From Octopus sinensis (taxonomy: Eukaryota): a stretch of DNA of 64,000 bases. The notes beneath the pieces were generated by a model, which saw only the letters and a program-made list of their open reading frames with translations, made no database searches and had not been told where the DNA came from. Both the position numbers and the translations under genes were made by a program. Of this stretch, positions 1 to 12,351 are shown piece by piece. The DNA is taken from positions 47,120,001 to 47,184,000 of the forward strand of contig NC_043012.1 in assembly GCF_006345805.1 (NCBI RefSeq). The letters are read 5' to 3'. The stretch's first letter is position 1, and the number at the start of each line of letters is the position of its first letter.

Positions 1-2050
1 TGTCACTGTTCAGAGTTAGTGTGGTTCTCCATGATCTCATACTTACAGTCAAGAAGTTTCGCAGAGTTGGTGCTATCTTATACATTTCAAGGCATTTCCT
101 AATCCAGCTATGTGGTAGGCTATCAAAAGCCTTTTTATAGTCTATCCAGGCTATTGATAAGTTTTTGTGTCGTTTGTGACAATCTTCTAAGATCATCTTA
201 TTGATGAGTAGTTGGTCTTTACAGCCGTAGGATCCACGTTTACATCCTTTCTGTTCATTAGGGAATATGCTGCTGCCTGTTAAAAAACTATAGGTATATT
301 CCGTCAGGACAGATGTTAGTGTTTTGTACATAGTTGTTAAGCAGGTTATGGGTCTATAGTTTTTTGGTGCATTTGTTTCTTCACTTTTTGGAAGCAGGAA
401 TGTTAACCCATTAACTAGCCAAGGAGGCATCCTACTAGGGTGTTGCAAAACATCATTGTACAGTTCTGTTAGCAGTTCATGGCTCTCTGGGAAGGCATTC
501 AGCCAGAAGTTAGGAATTTTATCCTTTCCTGGAGACTTCCATTTGCTTGACCCCCTGAGAGCAGATCTTATATCTTCTACCTTGACACCCTCCCACTTTT
601 GCTCTTCTAAGGGGTCCAGTTCTGTAGATATTCTGTCAATCCAGGGGGCCTTTTCGTTGTGTGTTTTTTCTTCTGCCCAGATTTTATTCCAAAATCTCTG
701 CACTTCTTCTTTTGATGGTACAGACCCTGCAGTAAACGCTGTTTTTCCTATCTTCCTGTAAAAATTCTTGGTGTTATTTTTGAACATGTTGTTGTCCTTG
801 AAAAATCTAACACGCTTTTCATACCTCGCTATGCGGGCAGCTTTGGCAGATACCTTTTGTTTGATGGTTTCTATGGTGGCATCAATATCAAGTATAGTTT
901 TCATATTGTATTTTTTCAGTAATTTTTGGGTTTTTGTAGGTTTGGTAGTCTTGTGAGCCCTAAGGTTTTTCAAATATTCAATGTCAGATCTAAATACTTT
1001 AATTTGTTGTTGCAGACGCTCTTGCCAAGAAGGCTTTTTGTGGGACTGTTGCCGTTTTCTAATCTTTACACCACATAGGATCGTTGAGATTTTCGCGGAT
1101 GCGTAGTATAGGTGGTTGAGGTTTGTGATATCAACATCATTAACTGAAATTATATCCTTAAGTGCAAGCCGGATTTTACCAATTATTTTCATGTTTTGGT
1201 TAGAGTTGCGGATTTTAGGAAGTGTATCACGCTCATCCATGCTGGTTTCTTTAATTTTCAGCCATTCAATCATGATTTGATTTTTTAGCTCATGTAGTTC
1301 TGTTGGGTCAATATTTGTGTGACTTTCTTTATCTATTTGATGCTCATCTGTCTTAGTGTTTATGATTGGTTCAGGGCGTATTTCACTTTGCCTATCACTT
1401 ATACTAACTCTTTCAATCCTTACTTCGTTTTTATCCGCCCTGGGCTGGTCTATAATCATTTCCTCTGTATTATCTTCTCTAGCTGCAGCTTCGTTCATTT
1501 TATCCGATATTGCTTGTCTAACCTGATCAATCTCTACTTCAGTCAGTAATTTCTTTTTTATAATGTTTCTTCTAACATTGGCAAGCTTGTTACTGTCTAT
1601 GTAGGGTCTTACTTCAGGGTGTTTCTGTCTCCAGTTTAAGTATGCTTGTACAGTGCTAGACTTATCTGTGGGGAAATATATGGCATGGTAGAAGGCCTCA
1701 AGAACTTCTTTATTATCTTCCCTAGACCATTTTTCCTTCTTTTTCTTTTGATTATTTGGTGATGAGCATGGATGGCCATCTGTTGGAATATTCCGGTTGT
1801 GGGGTTCGTCCAGCTCCTGTGTGTTGGGAAGATTTGATCCAGTAACTGATTTTTCAATCAGGATTTGGTTCAATTTTCGGGTACGTGGTCTTTTGTAATC
1901 CGCGCAATGACCAATGCGGTTTATTGTTTGATTTGTTGACCTTGAAGCATGACGAGCATCCATTCTTATATTAGGAGATGGATCTGTCAGTTTAGGGTTC
2001 ACTACATGTAAGCATTGCTCATAGCGCCGCTTCTTAAGACTAGCAGATCT
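1..2050 (-). mobile_element. R4/Dong-like non-LTR retrotransposon, 5' half (N-terminal domain and start of RT), degenerate; continues off the left edge
   Basis: 1-1730 is colinear and highly similar to 17705-19404. Minus-strand translation gives WRQKHPEVRPYIDSNKLANVRRNIIKKKLL and RT-proximal motifs (YRPITCLTTMYKTL, GSYGCK). It extends about 300 bp further 5' than the 15827-19404 copy. Confidence 0.85.
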
Positions 2051-2999
2051 ATATTCGTCTGTATTTTTTTTGTTGATAGTTTTATCTCCGGACATTTTTT
2101 TTTTTTTTTCTCCTTTCCTCCTCTTCCTTTCTTCAAGGCTTACTGTGTCCGTATTAGTTCGAAATAATGAGAATAAAATACGGAGAAGGAAACGAAAAGA
2201 AAGGGAAAAAGACGGGATCTGTCAGTTATTATTGTTATTACTATCATCTTCACCATCATCACCATCATCAGCAACATCACCATCACCATCATCATCTTCA
2301 ATGTGTAGCCACAGCCACCATCAACACTCCATTGTGTTGGAGAATGGGTGGTTAAAGAATTCATGTTCTTTGGGTCTATAAATAGCCACGGTAGATGGTG
2401 GAGACAAAGGACGTTAATGGTCAGTAAAAGGTCAAACCTGTTTACGTTTATTTATTTATTTTTTTTTTTCCTTTCTCTCTTCTTCTTCACCACATGCATA
2501 TGTATATGTATATATATGTATATTCACTCACACATATTATCTGATGTTTTCGTCGAAGATTTTTTTTTTTTTTTTCCTCTTTTTTTTTTTTTTTTAAATA
2601 ACTTTCTGAGTTCAATGTTATGTATATATTTTTAAATTTCTGATTTCAGTTGTATGTATATAGTAGTAGGTGCTTAATTCCATAACTTTTTATCGTGCAT
2701 TTAATTGTGTTGTTACAATAAAAGGTAATTTAAAAGGCAATTTTACACATTCTTATAGTCATGAGAGACGACTAAATGTAAATGTTCACACAGAATTGGA
2801 GATATGTATGTTTCTAATTTTTCTTGTTAGGTGTACGTTTGTATGAGCTGTAGATATGTAAGTTTTTTTTTTTTACTTATTTTGAGGGTAATTCAAATTA
2901 CTTACAGAAAACAGTAGATCTTCCAGTTTTCTACAGTTGACCTGCTGGGTTCGCTGTTGCCAGTTCAGAGCATCGTAAAAATACGTCCATCCTCTGTCA

Positions 3000-3041
3000 C
3001 GTCCAGCCGCCTTATTCTTCTTCTTCTTCTTCTTCTTCTTC

Positions 3042-3105
<64 letters not shown>

Positions 3106-3140
3106 CATCATCGTCATCTTCATCACCATCATTATTATCA
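3000..3140. repeat. (TCT)n-(TAT)n-(CAT)n compound microsatellite
   Basis: Direct reading. It explains the poly-L/I and poly-N/K ORFs. Confidence 0.95.
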
Positions 3141-3144
3141 TTTT

Positions 3145-3472
3145 GAAGGCGCATGGCTCAGTGGTTAGAGCGTCAAACTTACGATCGTGAGGTTGTCAGT
3201 TCGAATCCCGGACTGGGCTGCGTGTTGTGTTTTTCAGCAAGATATTTTATTTCATGTTGCTCCAGTTCACCCAGCTGTAGAAATTAGTTGCGACGTCACA
3301 GGTACCAAGCTCTATCGGCCTTTGCCTTTCCCTTGGATAATACTGGTGGCTCGGGAGGTTGGTATGCATGGGCGACTACTGGCCTTCCGTAAACAACCTT
3401 GCACGGACTTGTGCTTGAGAGGGTAACTTTCTAGGTGAAATCTCATGGTCAGTCATGACCGAAGGGGGTTTC
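3145..3472 (+). mobile_element. tRNA-derived SINE (family 1)
   Basis: Pol III A box TGGCTCAGTGG (3154-3164) and B box GTTCGAATCC (3199-3208), a conserved body, and an end in a (TAT)n tract. A related head lies at 47709-47960. Confidence 0.85.
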
Positions 3473-3484
3473 AATTATCATTAC

Positions 3485-3541
<57 letters not shown>

Positions 3542-3924
3542 CATCTGCTTTTAATTGTGTTCTAATTTTTGCCGAGTGACTTCCTGACATACAAGGCAGA
3601 GAAACGCAGTGCATACATTGGTAGGCCATTAAAGTAAACACACCAAATTGTCCATTTACAAAGTCATGTAATGGTAAAGAAAAAAGGGGAAAAAAGGCAG
3701 AGAAAAAATAAATAGGTGAAAAAAAACTACAGGACAAAAGGTGAAAGAATATTCACAGCGACAATGCTCTTCTCAATGCATGTGGCTGTTGTTGGTGTTG
3801 TTATTATTATTATTATTATTACTATTATTATTATTATTATTATTATTATATTATTATTATTATTATATTATTATTATTATTATTATTATTTGTATTGTTA
3901 TGCACATACGCAAATGAGTAGGTT

Positions 3925-5275
3925 GTAGACGAGTGGTTTTTGAAAGCTATTGAAGTAATGTATTGAGATGCTGTTAGGAAGGTGAGAGTTAATTACCAGT
4001 TCAGCGAAGAATTTGGCGTACAGGTAACTGTTCATCGAGGCTCAGTTCTCAATCACCTTCTGTTCATCATTGTCCTCCTGGCCATAACTGGAATTCAATA
4101 ACGGTAGCCCCTGGGAACTACTATATGCTGATGATCTTGCCTTTATAGCCGATTCTATATCAGAGATTGAAAAGAACTTCCAGGTGTGGAAGCAAAGCCT
4201 GGAAACTGAGCGTCTTATGGTTAGCTTAACAAGAAAACAGACAGAACGCTAGGCCATCACATTTTCAGGTAAGTGCTCGATTTGTAGGAAAGATGTATAC
4301 AAGAATTCCATACGGTGTACCTAGTGTAAGCCATGGGCCACATTTGAAGTGCAGAGAAATGATAAGTTTAAGAGATAAGTTAGTGTCCGTGTGTAGAAGA
4401 TGCACAGGGACCATAAATACTACAGTTACTTGGGAAATTGATTTTCTCAAATATTTTGGATGCTCAATAGAGGTAGGGAATAATTTCTGCTACGTAAGGG
4501 ACGGACTAAATTAATAGAGTGTATACGGAGACTTTAATAGCTAGATTAAGAAGAGGATGGAGAAAATTCAGTGAGCTTTTACTTCTGTTGGCAACCAAAA
4601 GTTTCCCCCTTCGTGCGAAACGAATATTGTATGAGGCATAAATGCGAACAACAATCCTATGTGTAAGAGGGACGTGGGCCCTGAATGCAGAGGAATGCAG
4701 TGAAAGCTAGAAACGAACAAGATTAGTATGCCGGTGCACTGAGAGAGTGTGCTGGTGCATTGAGAAAGAAGTTAGACACAAGAGGGTTTAGATGAAATGT
4801 ACAAATGAAAAAACTGCCCTGGTTTTTTGTCATGTGATGCTGATGGATGCTAGCAATCCCATAAAGAAATGCTGATCTCTCAAAAAATGGCTGGAACACG
4901 TAGAAGAGGGAGGCTCAGAAAGATGGGGGACGAGGTTCTGAAGGATAACTTTTCAGAGATTTGAGAAACAACCGAGATATCTGGCACTTTATAGCAGAGA
5001 GTTTTAAAGCTAGACACTCTGTTGAAGAGGATCGGCCTGCAAGTGTTGTATACTGGTACCACGTAGAATACAATCGTGCTGCTGTAAGGAAGTGGCGCTT
5101 TGTGCCACGTTAAAAGCAACCTGTACACACTGTGAAGTGGTTGGCGTTAGGAAGGAGGGCCAGTCGTAGAAACAAAGCCAAATCAGACTGGAACCTGGTC
5201 AAACTTTCCAACCCATGCCAGCGTGAAAAACAGACTTTAAAGGATGATGACGATGATTATGAAGATGATGATGAT
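3925..5275 (+). mobile_element. RTE-clade LINE, 5'-truncated and degenerate, with (GAT)n tail
   Basis: Translation VQVTVHRGSVLNHLLFIIVLL...PWELLYADDLAFIA matches RT motifs of the RTE type (QGSVLSP, YADD). The 3' end ccaacccatgccagc... runs into a GAT-repeat tail. Confidence 0.8.
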
Positions 5276-5281
5276 ACATAA

Positions 5282-5339
<58 letters not shown>

Positions 5340-7036
5340 ATGCATATATACTTTTATATCCAAATGCATGGTTTTAAATAGGCGTATGACAGATAAAGAA
5401 AAAGAAAATGAAAGAGAGCGCGTGTTTCTGTGTACGTTGACCCCTTATTTTTAACAGGGGAAAATATATCTGCTATCATGGAAGAGGAATTTATTTCTAC
5501 TGAGCCAGAACTCTGTTCTGCTGTTTCCTTCACTTACAGACAATTTCTATAGGGAACAAAAAGAAGATTTAACAGTTGCTGGGTGATTAAAAAAAATATT
5601 GCCTAAGCATTTGGAACATATGAAAAATATAGACTACAGATCTTTTCGTCTATCATATGTTCAAAGACAGAAAACAAAACATAGATATTTACCTTCTCTA
5701 CAGTAGGAAAAAGAAGTTAGAGAAAGGAGAATGAATTAATTCCAAATTTGTACGTTGAGAGTAGAGTTAGTACTACCTACCATCATTCAACCAATCGACC
5801 ACCAGACCGTACGATTCCGAGCTCTTTCTGCTCATACTGGGTGGTGGATACTCCTTCGCTCTACTTCTTGCAAAATATATCGGCTGCAGGCTGCATCGTA
5901 TGACCAGCTGGAGGAGGTGTGCTCCTGGGGTTAAAATGGCAGAAACGTCGCTTCCTGCGGAACAGCCATGTTCAATTGGCGGCAAAAATCACTTCTTAGT
6001 ATAGTCTCTTATGCAAGATCAGTGACCGGGTGTCACTTATTTTCTAGATATATTGCGAGCTGGAATGAACTTCTGGTATTTCTAGCGGACGAGTACTCAC
6101 TACCGAGGATTAGCACAACGGCCTCTACAATTATGTGTGTGTGTGTTTGTGTGTGTGTATGCATATATATGTGTGCTTGTGTATGTGTGTGTATTCAACG
6201 CGATTAATCGTTTTTCTTATTGTCTATAATAGACTGAGTATGATCTTCATGATAGATCCATAATTTCGCTACTCAGGACGATTATAAAAGTTCGTTTTTG
6301 AGTGTCAATATATTATATTAAACTGTGATTTGATATCTTTTAAATAAAATGTAATATTTTTTAATATCCAAACTGAAAGCGTTTAAATTCAATATGTATA
6401 TATTGTACGAGAAGATCTCACGAAACCCTTCGCAGGACCATTTTTTAAATATAGTATCATATTTCTCTTAGTTTAAAATAATTTGAATTCATAATATGAA
6501 TACATAAACCGTTAGAATAATTTACACTATTATTTCTCAATGAAAATTCACTTGCATAAATATTCATTTCTTTATTGCCTATAAGATTATCTCTTATTCA
6601 CAAGACTATGTGCAGAATATTAAATAAATATGACTGTGGCAGTTGGTATTATTAACCTAAATATCATTCTTCAACATTTCTATCTGACACATTGCAAAAA
6701 TATACGAGATGGTACCGACAAGAAACCGGAATTTTATAATAATATTTTATTCACTAGTTTTACATGTTTACACTTGAATTCCCACCGAGTATTCTCTATT
6801 TGAACCAATGCATCGGTCGTGACTCGTTTTCCAATGTTCGAAGCAATGTTGGAAGTTCTGCAACGTGAGGCCTTTTAACGCCTCCATCGTTTTTTACTTT
6901 ACCTCTTAAACATCTGTAAATTCCACAGTACCAGCTGTGGAAATGTATGCGTGGCGTTCGATCATATAATATAAATAATATATATGCATATATAGATAAA
7001 TATATGTAAAATAATATTTGAAAAGCGGAGTAAAAG

Positions 7037-7258
7037 AAAAACAGGTGACAACTGATGAAGGGATTCTTCTTTATGTTGCCTGCCTCGTTTCTCTATTTGT
7101 CTCTTTCTTTGTTCGGAAAACGTTTCTTTTTTTATGTTTTTGTTTTTTTACGTTCTCGTTTTTCATTTTGTTCACGTTTTTTTTTAATGTCCTGTACCCC
7201 GATATATGCATGTGAATGTATGTATGTATGTATGTATGTATGTATGTATGTATGTATG

Positions 7259-7297
<39 letters not shown>

Positions 7298-7943
7298 GTA
7301 AGTTTATACATATATGTATGTATGCATATATATATTATATGATCGCCCGCATCCATTTCAAAGTAAGTTTTATCTTAAGCATTCTGATGCACACTCTACA
7401 ACTATCTCTATTCCCCCTTTATTTCACTATTAATCTTCTTTCTTTCTGTTTTTCTTCTCCTCCCCTTCACCGTTCTCTTTCTCTCTCTCACTCTCCCTCC
7501 TTGATCCTTGAATCTGCCGTTGCTCACATTTGACCAGCGGCTATCGTTCTTTCTTCCACTTGCTTTACAAGGGACAAAACCTTCTTTTGCCTGTCTCTTG
7601 TCATAGCCACTTTCTCCGTTATGGCTTAACGGCACTTACCGTTTGTTTTTACTGTTTTGTTGTTACTGTCCTGTATTTGTTATCAATTCAACCTTCCGCA
7701 AATTCACAAACTTTATTTAATTTACTTTGCGGGAATGAGTGTTTTGACGAAGTCGCGTCTTGCTCCAACGTTTGAGTAGATAAAACAGGGGACAACTGAT
7801 GAAAGGATTATTCTTTATGCTGCCTCTCTTGTTTCTCTATTTGTTTCTTTCGTTGATCGGAAAAAATGTTCGTTTTCCATGTTTTTCTTATTTATGTTCT
7901 CGTTTTTCATTTTGTTCACGTCTTTTTTTTTGACGTCCTGTAC
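7037..7943. repeat. Pair of about 160-bp direct repeats (7037-7197, 7782-7943)
   Basis: Both begin aaaacagg(t/g)gacaactgatgaa and end (c/t)gtcctgtac, and each is followed by a TA/TG microsatellite. Confidence 0.8.
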
Positions 7944-7983
7944 TTATATATACATATGCCTGTATATACACACATACACACAA

Positions 7984-8032
<49 letters not shown>

Positions 8033-8134
8033 GATATGTGCATATATGTATTTATATAGGTATATATATATATGATTGAACGCCACGTATCTATTTCCAA
8101 GAATATATATGCGTGTGTATGTATGTGTGTATGT

Positions 8135-8180
<46 letters not shown>

Positions 8181-8211
8181 TATATATATTATATATATAT
8201 ATTATATATAT

Positions 8212-8244
<33 letters not shown>

Positions 8245-8266
8245 CTGTATATATATGTATATATAT

Positions 8267-8454
8267 ATACTAAGCAATAAAGGGTTTAGCAACGAATTGC
8301 CTTACCACATACCGAATTTAGAAATAGCAGTCAAAGGGTTATAGCTATTTCTTCTACTAAAAAAGGGAAGAAATAGCTATAATCCTTTGACTGCTATTTC
8401 TAAATTCGGTATGTGGTAAGGCAATTCGTTGCTAAACCCTTTATTGCTTAGTAT
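8267..8454. repeat. Near-perfect inverted repeat, 88-bp arms, 12-nt loop; same family as the 30874-32517 element arms
   Basis: 8267-8354 is the reverse complement of 8367-8454 with one G-T mismatch. It shares accgaatttagaaatag with 30972 and, with one extra A, with 32428. Confidence 0.92.
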
Positions 8455-8565
8455 TACTTAAATTTTCCTCGAATGAGGCTTTTACATGCCGAAGACTACT
8501 TGGTGTAATTGATAATTATTCCAATTAATTAATTTCACCCTTCATTATTATGTATATATATATTA

Positions 8566-8607
<42 letters not shown>

Positions 8608-9238
8608 GAATATTAAATGATATTATATATACAGATATATAATGTCAAATACACAGACATATATGTATATACTCGTATTCATTCATTTACATTTTCGTAT
8701 AGGAGATTTATATGTCTACGTATCTTGAGTTTAGTGTCTTAGCGTTAGATTATCTTTTATTTATTACATGTCTTATATTTTATTACTCATACATTTCCTC
8801 TATAAAACTAACATCTAAAACATTCTCTTAATTCGTATTTCAAACTCAAACTAATGCTTCCGAAGCCTTTCATTTCATAAAAAAGACATCAAAGATGTAA
8901 TTCGTTTTTTTTTTACTCTCCCACTAGCAACATCGAAGCTCCAGGTTACAGCTGGAAAATTTTCATATGTTACCAATAATTTTATCTTGATGTATCATTA
9001 TCCTACATGAATGTATGTAGATACACACCAGTGCAAATGCACACATGTGCTTGCGCACACACATACATACACACATATTTATATATGTGTGTGTGTATAT
9101 ATATGTATATGCATATTGTTATAATACTTGTCATTTTGTAGTATTTCTTCAAGCAATTCTCTGTAAATTTTTATAGTCCTGAATTCTAAACATTTGACAT
9201 AGTGTCTTACGAGAAATTGCCACATACATCTGAAGATT

Positions 9239-9309
<71 letters not shown>

Positions 9310-9574
9310 GTATATATATATATATATACATATACATACATACATATATACATATACATATATATACACATATATACATATACATATTTATATATATATA
9401 TATATATACACATATATACATATACATACATACATATGTAGATATACATACATATTTATATATATATATATGTATATATATATATGAATATACATACATA
9501 TATGTATATATATACATATACATACCTATATATATATACATATGCATATACATACGTATATACATATACATTTA

Positions 9575-9649
<75 letters not shown>

Positions 9650-10994
9650 GTGTGTGTATAAATCAGAAATGCAAAGCGATATTCACTTGTAAGCTGGCAA
9701 ATGACGCCTTTGTTGATATTTCTTTTCCATTTCCCAATATCAAATACTTGCTATGCTTTGATTTTGAAACCCAATAAAAGATCTGTAAATGGATTGCGAT
9801 GTTACAGGACACCAGTGAAATTATTACATGGAAACCAGGATGATGGATGTTGGATTAATGTAAAAACTGGTGATATAAAACGTAGCTCGAATTCTTTGTG
9901 CATTGCACTTAAAAATTATTTCCTTAATTCAATATTTCGCAATAAAAGTATATCGCATTTCACTTTTTTCTTTATCGATTAAAACATTAAACAATATTTC
10001 ATATACAAATATGTCTAACTTAACATATTTTTATTCTGTGCTCCTTTATGTGTGTATACGTTCTTATGTTATTGAGTGTCTAATATTGATTTCATGTAGT
10101 ATTAACAAATATATATCATACTTAATACATGTGATGAGCATTGGTATCAATTACTTGAATATTCACAATGAATAATATAAAATGTGTATGATTAGATATA
10201 TTAATTTTGAAAGAATTTGTTTACAGGTACAGGAGAGGATTGTTTTGAAATATGAGCGGGAACGAAACTTTTTAATGACGAATAACTAAATCTCACGGTT
10301 GTGTTTGATGGATTTAAATTTTATTTTACTGGATACCAAGAACCACAGGTAACATGAAAACCCCTTGAAATGTCGAATGCAGGGTGAATATTTTCAGCAT
10401 GCTTTAAAATATAAATAATCTGAGTTTTGAAGTCAGTACGTTTAAAATTAGAATTCAATTTTTAAGCACAAGTTTGCAATGAGACAATGACTTGGAGGGA
10501 GGAAAAAGCTCTTGAATATTATGATAAACAACGGAGCCTGGATTTTAAAATTGAATTTTAAAAAGGTAAGTCTGGAAGGTGAAAAAGTAAGTTTGTTAAC
10601 TCGTTTCAAATACAAGCATCCACTAGGCTGCGTTACAAATTCACTACAAGCAATATTACAAAATTATTAGCCGAATTAAATTGATGCCTCTGCTCATCAT
10701 GATGAGCTCACTTCTGCGTCTTTAGATGTACCATTTACTCTCATTATTTATTTACTATGACAAAAAAAGAGAACAATAGCGTTCTAAAGTAATTATCATG
10801 CTTTTCAACCGGTCTAGAGATACATCTCGTCCACCCTGTTTGTATGGCCTCAATTGAAAACTGCTTTGAGAAATATTGACTATTGTTACTAATCCAACGG
10901 CTTTGGATGTGTTTTGGTTCACATATGAAAGTTTGCCTATTTGAATTTTATCTAATTCATAACGGCTTCATTATGATTTGCCATTATAATTTGC

Positions 10995-11240
10995 CGAGGA
11001 CTCCAAATTTGCCATCAAGATGAAGGGCAAGTTACTGCAACAGCCTGGGCTTCAGAGGTCCACAGCTCTTCAATATCCTCCCGAAGGACCTGAGAGACGT
11101 GCATGGGGTGGATGTAGGTGACTTCCAAATAACGCTGGACCTCTTCCTGTAAGGTGCCCCAGATGAACCAACTTTGCGGCAGGAGGTGCAGCCGAAGGCA
11201 GCTGCATCAAACTCTCTCATGCACCAAATATCAATTGCGA
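10995..11240 (+). mobile_element. CR1/L2-group LINE 3' fragment
   Basis: Plus-strand frame YCNSLGFRGPQLFNILPKDLRDVHGVDVGDFQITLDLFL*GAPDEPT is a typical C-terminus of APE-type invertebrate LINEs. A paralog lies at 28064-28470. Confidence 0.7.
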
Positions 11241-11257
11241 AAAAGCATTCATGAAGT

Positions 11258-11822
11258 ATGGTTTATTTTATTTTTAATAAGTTTCAAAATCATTAAAGAA
11301 TAATCAAGTTCGATATTTAGAGTTCTGTAGTGATAATATTGATGGACATTAATATTTAAATATTAATCACTTTAGAAAAATAATTTTGTTCTTACCTTAA
11401 TAAACATATAGTGTATGAATACTGTAAATTCATGTACTGATACGATCTACGTCACGTACCAAAGTCTATTCTAAAAAATTCAGACTATATTCTAGAGTAT
11501 ATCGCAGCATTGTATTTCGCTTTACGACAGTTGTACTTCATTCATACAACTGTCGTAAAACGAAATACAATGCTGCGATATACTCTAGAATATAGTCTGA
11601 ATTTTTTAGAATAGACTTTGGTACGTGACGTAGATCGTATCAGTACATGAATTTACAGTATTCATACAGTATATGTTTATTAAGGTAAGAACAAAATTAT
11701 TTTTCTAAAGTGATTAATATTTAAATATTAATGTTCCACAATATTATCACTACAGAACTCTAAATATCGAACTTGATTATTCTTTAATGATTTTGAAACT
11801 TATTAAAAATAAAATAAACCAT
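11258..11822. repeat. Large foldback: 278-bp arms, 9-nt loop
   Basis: 11258-11535 is the reverse complement of 11545-11822 with only three small mismatch sites seen and no net indel. The loop is cttcattca. Confidence 0.95.
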
Positions 11823-12075
11823 TCAGAAAGTTTCAGTGGCGGATCATAATATAGTATCGTTTGGTTGTGTCTCATAACTTAATCGGTTACTGGAAAACAA
11901 ATGTACACTGTTATAACAGTGGTGGTTGAATAACTGATAATATTTAGGGCACCAACATTCAGTACGTTACGTGACAGAAATTTGGAACATTTGCTACCCG
12001 TTTCCTGCTTCAGAAGTCCAAGGACCTTTCATATCTGTATTTACGCACACACACACACACAGTTATACACACACA

Positions 12076-12138
<63 letters not shown>

Positions 12139-12211
12139 CATATAAACGAATATTAACATACATATTTAATACATATATATAATTATATATATGAATATAC
12201 GTGTATGAGTG

Positions 12212-12281
<70 letters not shown>

Positions 12282-12316
12282 CATATGTATGCATCTATGC
12301 ATGGATATATATATAT

Positions 12317-12351
<35 letters not shown>

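Noticed and set aside
3148-3220. tRNA-like sequence with A and B boxes
   Set aside because: No complete acceptor stem, and it continues into a SINE body. Called a SINE head, not a tRNA gene.
7051-7125. CTGATGA...GGAAAACGTTTC in the 160-bp direct repeats
   Set aside because: No stem I complement after a plausible cleavage triplet, and the palindrome is absent in the second copy.
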